A stretch of DNA of 64,000 nucleotides from Chloroflexota bacterium (GTDB taxonomy: Bacteria; Chloroflexota; Anaerolineae; UBA2200; JACIWT01), in assembly GCA_014360825.1 (NCBI GenBank), contig JACIWT010000002.1, forward strand, positions 14,782 through 78,781, read 5' to 3'. The translations under genes and the position numbers were made by a program. The first letter of the stretch is position 1. Each line of letters opens with the position of its first letter. Positions 18,752 to 28,405 of the stretch are shown one piece after another. A model generated the notes under the pieces. The model was not told the origin of the DNA. It saw only the letters and a list, made by a program, of their open reading frames with translations, and ran no database searches.

Positions 18752-19833
18752 GCCTCGCCATACTGCGCGTAAGCCGCACAGGCTCCCTCGCTGGAGACCA
18801 TACATGGTCCGACGGGATGCTCCGGCGTGCAAGCCCCATCGAAAAGGGGACACTCTGGCGGTTCGACAACCCCCCGCAATACTTCACCACAAAGGCACCC
18901 CCTCGGTTCCAGACTCGAGTGGACGGCGACTGGGAATCGGCGTGTGGCATCGAATGCGGCGTATTCGCTGCGGAGTGACAAGCCGCTATCGGTCACAGAG
19001 CCAAGGCCACGCCATTCTGCTGCACTCACCTGAAAGACCTGCTGCATCATTTGTTGGGCTACAAGATTGCCCTCCGGACGCACGCTGCGCCTGTAGGCAT
19101 TGCTTACTGCAGGTGCGCCGCGTTCAACCATATCTACTAAGGCGTAAACCGCTTGCAGGATATCTAACGGCTCGAAGCCAGCGATGGCACAGGGAATACC
19201 ATAATCACGGGGTAAGAAATGCCAGGCGTTTGAGCCGATAACTGTGGTGACGTGCCCCGGACCGATGATGCCAGAAAGTTGCACCTCGCCTGCCTCTAAG
19301 ATTGCTTTCATCGCCGGAGGAGTCAGTTTGTGTAGCGAGAAGATGGAGAAGTTGTCTAAGCCTTCGGCCTGGGCCTGTAAGACCGCTGCCGCCACTGTCG
19401 GAGCGGTGGTTTCAAACCCTATGGCCAGGAAAATCACCTGGCGGTCGGGGTTCGCTCGTGCGATGGATAGAGCGTCCAGGGTAGAATAGACCATACGTAC
19501 ATCTGCGCCTTGTGCTTTGGCGTCTTGCAGGCTGCCCTGGCTACCCGGCACGCGCATCATATCGCCAAACGTGGTCAGGATCAGATCTGGTAAGTGGGCC
19601 ATGGCGATAGCCCTGTCCAGATCGGTGCTGGCCGTAACACAAACGGGACAGCCGGGGCCGGAAAGCAGTCGAATGGAGGGCGGCAATAATTGCCGCAGGC
19701 CGAACTTGAGAATCGCATGCGTATGTCCACCACAGAACTCCATCAAGCGGATGGGACGTGAGGAACGGTTGTGGATGGAGGTCAGCAATCGCTGTACTGC
19801 GCCTGGGTCTCGGAATTCATCAATGTATTTCAC
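18748..19833 (-). CDS. hypD: [NiFe] hydrogenase maturation protein HypD
   Basis: CGGHTHA, GPGCPVCV and C-terminal Cys motifs. Confidence 0.9.
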   Translation of the reverse strand: MKYIDEFRDPGAVQRLLTSIHNRSSRPIRLMEFCGGHTHAILKFGLRQLLPPSIRLLSGPGCPVCVTASTDLDRAIAMAHLPDLILTTFGDMMRVPGSQGSLQDAKAQGADVRMVYSTLDALSIARANPDRQVIFLAIGFETTAPTVAAAVLQAQAEGLDNFSIFSLHKLTPPAMKAILEAGEVQLSGIIGPGHVTTVIGSNAWHFLPRDYGIPCAIAGFEPLDILQAVYALVDMVERGAPAVSNAYRRSVRPEGNLVAQQMMQQVFQVSAAEWRGLGSVTDSGLSLRSEYAAFDATRRFPVAVHSSLEPRGCLCGEVLRGVVEPPECPLFDGACTPEHPVGPCMVSSEGACAAYAQYGEA

Positions 19834-20074
19834 CGTTTTGCTCTTCTCGTTCGCGTGCTGTGAATTCCTCCAGTTCCTGGAACAATCTCAGCGTCTCTCG
19901 TGCCTCCTGCTCGTCGAGAACATTGATGGCGAACCCAGTGTGTATCAGCACATAATCACCAACGCTAACTTCGGGGGTGAGCACCACGCTGATTCTGCGG
20001 CGCACGCCACTGAGATCCACTTCTGCTTCCTGTCCTTCAATAGATAAAACCCGTGCGGGTACAGCCAGACACAT
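19820..20074 (-). CDS. hypC: [NiFe] hydrogenase maturation protein HypC
   Basis: Starts MCLAVP (Cys2). SD GAGGTGA upstream of the ATG (the track ORF extends 4 codons further upstream). Confidence 0.85.
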   Translation of the reverse strand: MCLAVPARVLSIEGQEAEVDLSGVRRRISVVLTPEVSVGDYVLIHTGFAINVLDEQEARETLRLFQELEEFTAREREEQNGEIH

Positions 20075-20075
20075 C

Positions 20076-22511
20076 TTATATATCACCTCGGCTGGAAAAG
20101 TGGGCGATCAGAGCCTGACCGAGTGACAGCCCTCCATCGTTGCAGGGCACCTGACGATGTAAGAGGACATGGAACCCTTGGGCTCCGAGTGCATTTACGG
20201 TGAGGCGGAGTAGTTGCCGGTTTTGAAAACACCCGCCGGAAAGTGCCACGTTGTTTAGCCCCCTCTCGTCACGCATCCGTTGGCACATCTTGACGATCAT
20301 CTGCGTCACCGTGTTGTGAAAGGCGGCGCTGATTTCAGATGAGGATTTACTTGCTTTTACTGCTTGGACGAGCGCTTCCCATAGCGGTTCGAGGCGCACG
20401 ATATACGTTCCTCTGTCATAATCAATGGCGAAGGGGTATGAATCGGACTTCTGGATATCACCGGCAATCATCTCTAACTCTGTGGCTGCCTGTGCCTCAT
20501 AGGTCGCCTCCGGACAGATGCCAAGTAACGCGCTCACAGCGTCGAACAACCGTCCGCAGGAGGAGGTCAGAGGTGTGTTGATGCCCTGCTCTACCATCTG
20601 TTGCACAACCCCGATTTCCTCGGCGGGAACCGAAGCGACAAATGGCAGGTCGTGAATTTCACCGAGGCACTGGTACATATAGGCAAGAGCCGTGCGGTAC
20701 GGCTTATGGATTGCCGCATCTCCCCCAGGTAAAGGCAGGTATTGTAAGTGCCCGTAACGCTCGAACGAGTGATAGTCTGCAATCAGGAACTCGCCGCCCC
20801 AGATATGCCCATCGCTTCCGTAGCCTGTTCCATCCAGTGCCACACCGATGACTGGGCCAGCAGTCGGCTGCCAATCGTTGTCAGCCAGACAACTGGCGAT
20901 GTGGGCATGATGGTGCTGAATCGCGAAAAGGGGTAAGTTTTCCTTTTGCGCTCGCTCTTGGGCGTAGCGCGTTGCCAGATAGTCGGGATGCATGTCGCAG
21001 GCGATCGCCGCTGGTTTGGCCCGAAACAAGTGTTCGTATAGGGCTACAGTGGCTTCAAAATGGGCCAGTGTCTCCATGTTCTCCAGGTCGCCGATGTGTT
21101 GGCTGATGAATGCGTAGCGATCTCGGGTCAGGCAAAATGTGTTCTTCAATTCGGCACCGCAGGCCAGGATGCGCCCCAGCGGGAAAGCCAACCGTACAGG
21201 CGATGGGGCGTACCCTCTGGCTCGACGCAACGGTTGTGGCTGGTCAGCCAGTGGCACAAACCACACGCTGTCATCGTAACGGGCATAGATATCTCGGTTA
21301 TGCAATAAGAAAGCGTCGGCGAGCGGGCTCAGCCGGCGAATGGCCTCTTCATTATCTTTGGCTATGGGTTCCTCAGATAAGTTCCCACTGGTCATCACCA
21401 GAGGCCGGCCTACTTCCTGCAATAAAAGGTGGTGCAAGGGAGTGTACGGGAGCATCACGCCCAGATAGCGGTTGTTTGGGGCCACGGCCCGAGCCACTGT
21501 CGAACCATCACGCCAACGCAGGAGCACAATCGGGCTGGCTGGCGAGGTGAGTAAGGCGGCTTCTTCCGGGGTAACCCAACAGTGCCGTTGTACTTCGTCC
21601 ATCGTAGCCATCATCACCGCTAACGGCTTGTGAGGACGGCGTTTGCGCTCACGCAGGCGTTTGACTGCTATTTCGTTGGTTGCATCGCAGGCCAGATGGA
21701 ACCCTCCGAGACCTTTCAGGGCGATGATAGCCCCATTCTCGAGCAGGCTACTTACCTGGCGGATGACGGCGCTGTCGTCAAAATTCGTAGTAACGACTCC
21801 AGTCGCTGTTGACGCAGATGGAGCGACCGAAGCCGCCGTCGTGGACCGTGTATTGTCCACTAACCATAGGTGCGGGCCGCATACTGGGCAGGCGTTGGGT
21901 TGCGTGTGAAAACGACGGTTGGTCGGGTCGTCATATTCAGCCTGGCAGATGGGGCACATATGGAATTCGCGCATAGTCGTCTTCGGGCGATCATACGGGA
22001 TGTCCTCGATAATGGTGAAGCGTGGCCCACAGTTAGTACAGTTAATGAACGGGTACGCATAGCGCCGGTCCTGAGGGTCGAATAACTCGCGCAGGCAGTC
22101 GGTGCAAGTAGCGATATCCGGTGATACCAGTTGGTAGGCATCTGCCTGGGGCAGACTCGGCAGGATAACGAAAGACTCGTGGCCGTTGGGTGATACCTCT
22201 GTGATGGAAATGGTCTCGATGTGTGCCCGCGGTGGTGCTTGAGATGTCAAGGCATGGACGAAAGCGTCCAGAGCATGCCCGGAGCCCTCCACCTCGATCT
22301 CCACACCTGCCGACGTGTTGCGCACCCAGCCGCGCAGACCGTGTCCGATCGCCAGGTTATACACAAAGGGGCGGAACCCCACGCCCTGGACGACACCGGT
22401 GATCTCGATGCGCTTCGCATTATATTGACATAATGGTATAGTTACAATCTCTCGGGTTTTCACTTTTTTGTCTTCTGTTGTCATTTCCGTAACTACTTTG
22501 TGCCCCGGCAA
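20076..22511 (-). CDS. hypF: carbamoyltransferase HypF (acylphosphatase, two Zn-fingers, YrdC, Kae1-like domains)
   Basis: GVVQGVGFRPFV acylphosphatase. CTDCLRE...CTNCGPRF zinc fingers. Start may be the ATG 9 codons in (MTTEDKK). Confidence 0.9.
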   Translation of the reverse strand: MPGHKVVTEMTTEDKKVKTREIVTIPLCQYNAKRIEITGVVQGVGFRPFVYNLAIGHGLRGWVRNTSAGVEIEVEGSGHALDAFVHALTSQAPPRAHIETISITEVSPNGHESFVILPSLPQADAYQLVSPDIATCTDCLRELFDPQDRRYAYPFINCTNCGPRFTIIEDIPYDRPKTTMREFHMCPICQAEYDDPTNRRFHTQPNACPVCGPHLWLVDNTRSTTAASVAPSASTATGVVTTNFDDSAVIRQVSSLLENGAIIALKGLGGFHLACDATNEIAVKRLRERKRRPHKPLAVMMATMDEVQRHCWVTPEEAALLTSPASPIVLLRWRDGSTVARAVAPNNRYLGVMLPYTPLHHLLLQEVGRPLVMTSGNLSEEPIAKDNEEAIRRLSPLADAFLLHNRDIYARYDDSVWFVPLADQPQPLRRARGYAPSPVRLAFPLGRILACGAELKNTFCLTRDRYAFISQHIGDLENMETLAHFEATVALYEHLFRAKPAAIACDMHPDYLATRYAQERAQKENLPLFAIQHHHAHIASCLADNDWQPTAGPVIGVALDGTGYGSDGHIWGGEFLIADYHSFERYGHLQYLPLPGGDAAIHKPYRTALAYMYQCLGEIHDLPFVASVPAEEIGVVQQMVEQGINTPLTSSCGRLFDAVSALLGICPEATYEAQAATELEMIAGDIQKSDSYPFAIDYDRGTYIVRLEPLWEALVQAVKASKSSSEISAAFHNTVTQMIVKMCQRMRDERGLNNVALSGGCFQNRQLLRLTVNALGAQGFHVLLHRQVPCNDGGLSLGQALIAHFSSRGDI

Positions 22512-22531
22512 TTCCGCTAACTCTTAGTTTT

Positions 22532-23128
22532 CTATGATTGGCTGTGCAGTAACCTTTTGGCCATTTCTAAATCTTCCGCAGTGTTGATGTTAAAGAAAGA
22601 GAGATGCTTAGGATCAAGAGTATCTACTTCGCTCTCCGTAACATATCGCACCCTCACCTCGGGGAAAAAACTCACAATGCGCCGTTCTCCAGAGCGTAGC
22701 AACTTCTCGATTGGCCGCATACACGCTTTGCTGTAAACGGCGTGCAGTGGCTCTGTCTTGCCGTAGGTGCTCGGGATCACCACATCGAAATCGGCGGACA
22801 ATAGAATTATATACCGCAGGAGCGGTAGGTTCAACAAGGGCATGTCGCAGGCCACAAACAGTCCTCGCTCATAGCGCATCGCCCGCAAACCGGTATAGAT
22901 GCCACCCAGAGGACCTGTGTCTGGATAAGCATCTGGGATACTGCGAGCCCGCATCCCTGCGAATTCTGGTCTTGCGTTCGCCACCACCAAGAGGTCATCG
23001 CTCAAGGCGCTCATAGTATTGAGGATGCGCTCCAGCAGCCACTCACCATCTATCTTGAGCAGGGCTTTGTCCACGCCCAGACGCTGACTCTTTCCACCCG
23101 CTAGCACTACTGCGCTGACTTTCAGCAT
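22532..23128 (-). CDS. mobA: molybdenum cofactor guanylyltransferase MobA
   Basis: AVVLAGGKSQRLGVDKALL N-terminal NTP-transferase motif. Confidence 0.8.
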   Translation of the reverse strand: MLKVSAVVLAGGKSQRLGVDKALLKIDGEWLLERILNTMSALSDDLLVVANARPEFAGMRARSIPDAYPDTGPLGGIYTGLRAMRYERGLFVACDMPLLNLPLLRYIILLSADFDVVIPSTYGKTEPLHAVYSKACMRPIEKLLRSGERRIVSFFPEVRVRYVTESEVDTLDPKHLSFFNINTAEDLEMAKRLLHSQS

Positions 23129-23137
23129 AATCTCTTC

Positions 23138-23914
23138 TCAAGGTGTACTCTGGAGTTCCTGGGGATTAAGGTTTTGCCCGAGCGTCTCCAGAATTCCAGA
23201 TATACGATGAGGATGTGTGTAGACGGTGAACCTGTCGCCTCTGGCAAAGCAGACGAGCGTTACCCCAGACCTATCAGCCAACAATATCCCTGCGTCTGTT
23301 GAAGCCGCTTTAGATATGATAATCGGGACGCCCGCGTTGGCAACTTTGGCGATCATACCTGCTGGTTGCCTGCCGGTGCAGCCGATGACGCATCTGGAGA
23401 GATCTATGTCATGGAGGAGAGCAAAACCTACCACCTTGTCAATAGTATTGTGTCTTCCAATATCACTGCTGCGCGCAACCAACTCTCCGCCTTGGAAAAG
23501 TACAGAGCAGTGGACGCCGCCTGTCTTCTTCCAGATCTCCGACTCGATCTGTCCGATGATTCTGAATACATCTTCCTGCTCAATGACGAGGGGTGAGTGT
23601 ACAACCCTGGGCAACCCCCTTACGCCAATACAACCCGAAGACCTGAGTTCGTAGTCAACTTCTATCTCGGTTGGTGCATACACCCTTATGTCGTTTGCAA
23701 AGACGCGGACCTCGGTAATGTCTTGGGCTAGCCCCTCACACACCACAAACCCTGCCCCTAACTCTTCTAGTTGATCAGGGCTAGCAACGATCTGGGCAAG
23801 CGGTGCGTCGTTCAGGTATAAGCGAAAAGTGTCTTCAGTGCAGACTACATCCTTGAACGGTGTGATTGTATTCCCCTTTACTTGAATGGCCGCATGTCCT
23901 TCGTAGAGCCTCAT
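23138..23914 (-). CDS. fdhD: formate dehydrogenase accessory sulfurtransferase FdhD
   Basis: Conserved SSGCIGV Cys loop and C-terminal FdhD fold. ATG preceded by AGGAGG. Confidence 0.85.
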   Translation of the reverse strand: MRLYEGHAAIQVKGNTITPFKDVVCTEDTFRLYLNDAPLAQIVASPDQLEELGAGFVVCEGLAQDITEVRVFANDIRVYAPTEIEVDYELRSSGCIGVRGLPRVVHSPLVIEQEDVFRIIGQIESEIWKKTGGVHCSVLFQGGELVARSSDIGRHNTIDKVVGFALLHDIDLSRCVIGCTGRQPAGMIAKVANAGVPIIISKAASTDAGILLADRSGVTLVCFARGDRFTVYTHPHRISGILETLGQNLNPQELQSTP

Positions 23915-24040
23915 CCATTTGCCTCCTGGGATCTCTCTCCGAGTCTCCACAATTATACTGCTATCAGGGAAATAGCAAGCGTGTGGCACAATGCCACACC
24001 CTTGCTACCGTCCCTAATAACGGAGCGATCAAGAACTTCC

Positions 24041-24817
24041 TTACTTCAGGCCGTATAACCACCAGTAGATGGTGCCTACGAAAAAGCCGCCCCCAATGAT
24101 ATTTCCGATGGTCACCGGCAGGAGGTTGGCTACGAAGAAGTTGACCCAGTTCGCCTGGGTTGCCCCGTAGAAAATGCCCAGCGGGATGAAATACATGTTG
24201 GCGATGCTGTGCTCAAAGCCGATGGCCACGAAGGCCATGATTGGGAACCAGATGCCCAGGATCTTGCCAGCGATATCCTCCGCAGAGACAGCCAACCAGA
24301 CTGCCAGGCAGACCAGCCAGTTGCAACCGATGCCCCGCCAGAGCGCTTGGGCAAACGTGAGGGCTACCTTGCTGTCGGCAATCCCCCTTACACCGGTCAA
24401 GAACGGGTCCTTGGCAAAAATACCGCCGGCGTAACACAAGTAGGCCAGGAAGATAGAGCCAATGAGGTTGCCAATGTAAACAAGCACCCAGTTCCTGGCT
24501 AGTCCTGACCACTTAGAAACGCCCTTGTAGCAACCTGGGGGCACGAGGGCGGTGTTGCCGGTGAAGAGTTCCGAACCGGCGATGATCACAAGCATCAGGC
24601 CGACCGGGAAGGTGCCACCAAAGACCAACTTGGATAGCCCTACTAACTCGGGGGCCGTGATGCCTTTGCCGGTGGCGATGGCCACCGTGCCGCCGAAGGC
24701 GATGTAAGCGCCGGCCAAGAAACCAAGCACTAACAGTCTAAGTGGTTCGGTTTCGGTCTTGGCCTGGGAGATGGCGCATGCCGCCTCGACGATTTCAGCG
24801 GGTTTTTTGAAGCTCAT
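24041..24817 (-). CDS. focA: formate/nitrite transporter family channel (FocA-like)
   Basis: FNT-family six-TM pattern. SD AAGGAGGG. Possible promoter TTGAAG -17- TAATCT at 24867-24839 (minus). Confidence 0.85.
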   Translation of the reverse strand: MSFKKPAEIVEAACAISQAKTETEPLRLLVLGFLAGAYIAFGGTVAIATGKGITAPELVGLSKLVFGGTFPVGLMLVIIAGSELFTGNTALVPPGCYKGVSKWSGLARNWVLVYIGNLIGSIFLAYLCYAGGIFAKDPFLTGVRGIADSKVALTFAQALWRGIGCNWLVCLAVWLAVSAEDIAGKILGIWFPIMAFVAIGFEHSIANMYFIPLGIFYGATQANWVNFFVANLLPVTIGNIIGGGFFVGTIYWWLYGLK

Positions 24818-25012
24818 TTTGATTCCCTCCTTTTTGCTAGATTATTTATAAAGCGAAATGGCTTCAAAACGCACTTCGTGCCTTATATCACTTCTCTGTG
24901 GAATGAACGCCATACACTTCCACACGAATATGCTCTTCTACCCGAAATTGACGCCCCTGCTGGGCACCCAAGAGACCAGAGCATCTCACTTTGTGCTCTG
25001 ACCGTAAGTTAC

Positions 25013-25053
25013 AGCAGTGGGAGCGAAATATTTCATTTCTCGCTCCCACTGCT
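25013..25053. other. long near-perfect inverted repeat (about 14-17 bp arms) immediately downstream of the fdhA stop; no U-tract
   Basis: AGCAGTGGGAGCGAAAT...ATTTCTCGCTCCCACTGCT. Confidence 0.35.
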
Positions 25054-25059
25054 ATTGTC

Positions 25060-27828
25060 TCATGCCTTCTCGATGCGGACAGCCGCCACCTTATACTCTG
25101 GGATTTTTGACACCGGATCTAGCGCAGCGATAGTCAGCAGGTTCGCTGCGGCTTCACGGAAGTGGAAGGTCATGAACACCACCCCTGGATCCGGTCGGTC
25201 AACCACCTCCGCCTTGGCTACGACTTCGCCACGGCGTGAAGTGACTCGCACTAGATCACCGTCCACAATACCCAATCTCTCGGCATCCCTGGGGTTGATC
25301 TCCACTGTGCCCTCAGGATAGAGCTGGTTCAGGCCGGGGATACGGCGGGTGATGGTACCGCTGTGATAGTGATACAGCACGCGCCCTGTGGTCAGCACGA
25401 GGGGATATTTCTTATCTGGCACTTCCTTCGCTGGTGCCCACTCTACCGCGTGGAACTTGCCCAGTCCGCGTGAGAATTTGCCCACATGCAAAATTGGCGT
25501 GCCCGGATGATCGGGAGCGGGACAAGGCCACTGTAATCCGACCTGCTCAATCCGATCATAGGTGATGCCCCCGTAACTTGGCGTCACAGCGTTGATTTCA
25601 GCCATGATCTCGCGTGGGTGTGTGTAGTCCCAACTGGCGAACTTTGCCTTCGATCTATCTATGCCCAGACGCGCTTCGACTCGCTTGGCTAAATCACAGA
25701 TGATCTGCCAGTCGGGGCGGGCGTTGCCTATGGGCTCGATGGCCTTGCGTACCCGCTGTACACGGCGTTCCGTGTTGGTGAAAGTGCCATCTTTCTCGGC
25801 GAAGGACACCCCAGGCAACACTACGTCGGCCAATTCCGCGGTCTCGCTCATGAAGATTTCCTGTACCACCAGAAAATCCAGACTTTGCAGGCATTTGCGG
25901 ACGTGGTTGATGTCGGGATCGGTCATCATCGGGTTCTCGCCGAGGACGAACAAGGCTTTAATGTCGCCGGCCTCGGCAGCATTGATCATCTCCACGACAG
26001 TGAGGCCAGGCTCTGTAGATGCGGTGCTGCCCCATGCTTCTTTGAACTTGGCTTGTGCTGCTTCATCTGCAACCCTCTGATATCCGGGGTAAAAGTTCGG
26101 CAAGCAGCCCATGTCACAGGCACCTTACACATTGTTTTGGCCGCGCAGGGGGTTCACTCCACCCCCAGGCACCCCCATGTTGCCAAGGAGCATTTGCAAA
26201 TTGGCCGTAGAGAGCACATTCTGGTGCCCTTTGGTGTGTTGGGTGATACCCATAGCGTAGATCAGTGCCCCAGGGCGGTTAACCGCGAGCAGTCGTGCCG
26301 CCTTGCGGACATCATCCGCTGGCACGCCAGTGATCTCTTCCGCATATTCTGGCGTGTACTTCTCCAGAACTGTCTTGAGTTCTTCAAAGCCTTCTGTGCG
26401 GTTGGCTACGAACTCTTTATCGTACAGATCCTCGGCGATCAACACATGCATGATGCCGTTCAGTAGGGCAATATCAGATCCCGGCTTATGCTTAAGGTGA
26501 AGGACGGCGACGTCGGCCAGTGGAATATCGCGTGGATCGGCCAAGATCAACTTGGCTCCGTTACGCGCCGCCTGTCGGAGGCGCATGCCAATCACCGGAT
26601 GTTGCTCCGTGGTGTTAGAACCGATTACCAAATAGGACTTTGCTTGGGTGGTAATATCCTCAATGGAGTTCGTCATAGCACCCGAACCGAACGCGGCGGC
26701 CAGACCGGTCACCGTGGAGGAGTGTCAAAGACGAGCGCAGTGGTCAACGTTGTTCGTCCCCAGCACCGCTCGAGTGAACTTCTGGAGGAGATAATTCTCC
26801 TCGTTGGTGCATTTGGCGGAACTGAGGACGGCGATAGCGTCGCCACCATGCTTTTTCTTAGTCTCTGCGATTTTCTCAGCCACCAGGTCTAGAGCCTCGT
26901 CCCAAGAGGCTTCGACGAACTTCCCGTTTCGTTTGATCAGCGGGGCTACTAACCGATCGGGATGATTCACAAAATCGTAGCCGAACCGGCCCTTCACACA
27001 AGTCCAGCCGTGATTGACAGGAGCATCCCAATAGGACGTTACCCGAATGATTTTGCCGTCCCTTACGTTGAGGTCAAACTGGCAACCGACGCCGCAATAG
27101 CCACAAGTAGTGGTAACCTTTTTCATTTCCCAAGTGCGTCCCAGTCCTTTAGCGCCTTTAGGTGAAAGGGCACCCGTGGGACATACTTCCACACACATGC
27201 CACAGAATTCACAAGGTGAGTCCTCAAGATAGCCATCTTTTGCTGTACCAGGTTTGGCCCGGAAGCCACGATACAGCATTGAAATGGCCTCAACACCGTT
27301 GATGTAACTGCAAGCGCGCACACAGGCCTGGCATACCACACATTTATTGTAGTCTCGCTCAATGAAAGGGTTGGGGTCGCTGATAGGATAGTGATGCTCC
27401 TCACCCCGATAGGGCGACTCTTTGATGCCCAACTCATAGGCGAGATCCTAAAGCGTGCAGTTGCCCGCCTTCTCGCAAGTCATGCAGTCGAGCGGATGGT
27501 CTGAAAGCAATAATTCCAAAACAAAGCGGCGCAGCGCCACGATACCGGGGGTATGCGTCTTAATGCGTATACCTTCTGCCACGGGATAGGTACATGAGGT
27601 CTGAAAGGATGTAACATAGGTGGTCTCAGTGGTCCCATCAGCGTTTTGCTTGACACGAGGAATCCCTACTTCCACCAAACAGAGGCGACACGCTCCAATA
27701 TCAGGCAGAGCAGGATGATGACACAGGGTGGGGATCTTGATTCCCATGGCGGTGGCTGCTTTAAGGATTGTGTTACCCTCTTCCACTTCCACTGCCCGGT
27801 CATCGATTGTGAATCTAATCAGTGGCAT
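25060..27828 (-). pseudogene. fdhA: NAD-type formate dehydrogenase alpha subunit (FdsA/FdhA; NuoG-like 2Fe-2S/4Fe-4S N-domain + molybdopterin domain), selenocysteine at TGA 26727-26725; two further in-frame stops (TAG 27450-27448, TAA 26127-26125) at conserved Gln positions
   Basis: The four track ORFs are contiguous and in one frame. CTL(TAG)DLAYELG aligns to C.LQ; CARL(TGA)HSSTVTGL aligns to FdhF CARV-U-HGPSVAGL; GQNNV(TAA)GACDMG aligns to GQNNVQGACDMG. Confidence 0.75.
26694..26714 (-). promoter_or_regulatory. candidate bacterial SECIS hairpin 11 nt downstream of the fdhA UGA codon
   Basis: mRNA CGGUGACC-GGUCU-GGCCGCCG: 8-bp stem with one mismatch and a GGUCU apical loop containing the G-U typical of fdhF-type SECIS. 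Confidence 0.4.
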
Positions 27829-28318
27829 CGATCTCCTCCCGCTTTGTCAGTTGTAAGATCTGTTCAACCGCTGGTTGCACCAGCGTCTCAGTGGCCGTAG
27901 AAAGGCCACGGTGGAAATCGAACTCGTAACCCCGGATAGACACAATGTGGCCCGTAGGCTTTCGATGGTGGAGTGCATCGAGCAACGCAAGGAGCATCGC
28001 TGGATTCATGTGGTGGGTGAACGCAGACGCGGCATATTCCGGCAGCACGTGCGCGCAATGCAGATCATCCAGGTCTTCGCGGATGTGTGCATCCACGAAG
28101 ACGATTTGATCGTAGTCCACCAGCAGGTCCACCAATTCGGGCGATAATTGCATGAGAAAAACAGAATCTGTCTGAGCGCCGAGTGCTTCTAAGCCCGTTT
28201 CGTCTTCATGCAGAATCTCTTGCCCCAGGCGCTGGCGCAGGCTGTTGATCGCATAGTATGCAACGCCATCATCGGCGCGGTCCAGATTGCCGTAGCCAAT
28301 GACCAGGGAGCGAGGCAT
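27815..28318 (-). CDS. hoxW: [NiFe] hydrogenase maturation endopeptidase (HoxW/HycI-like)
   Basis: IGYGNLDRADDGVA N-term motif and conserved Asp/His metal ligands. Confidence 0.8.
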   Translation of the reverse strand: MPRSLVIGYGNLDRADDGVAYYAINSLRQRLGQEILHEDETGLEALGAQTDSVFLMQLSPELVDLLVDYDQIVFVDAHIREDLDDLHCAHVLPEYAASAFTHHMNPAMLLALLDALHHRKPTGHIVSIRGYEFDFHRGLSTATETLVQPAVEQILQLTKREEIDATD

Positions 28319-28405
28319 CAGACCCCCACCAAAGTGACAAAGAGGGCAAGGGAGCGAACCGGTTTATGTTCGCCCCCTTGCGTTGGGCTCGTCCAGGCTG
28401 TTACA

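Noticed and set aside
25060-27828. Alternative genetic code (TAG/TAA = Gln) as explanation for in-frame stops in fdhA
   Set aside because: sbcC ends with TAG, gntR with TAA, lexA with TGA, and many other genes terminate normally with these codons. Only fdhA is affected, so nonsense mutations or sequence errors are more parsimonious. TGA in fdhA is explained by selenocysteine.
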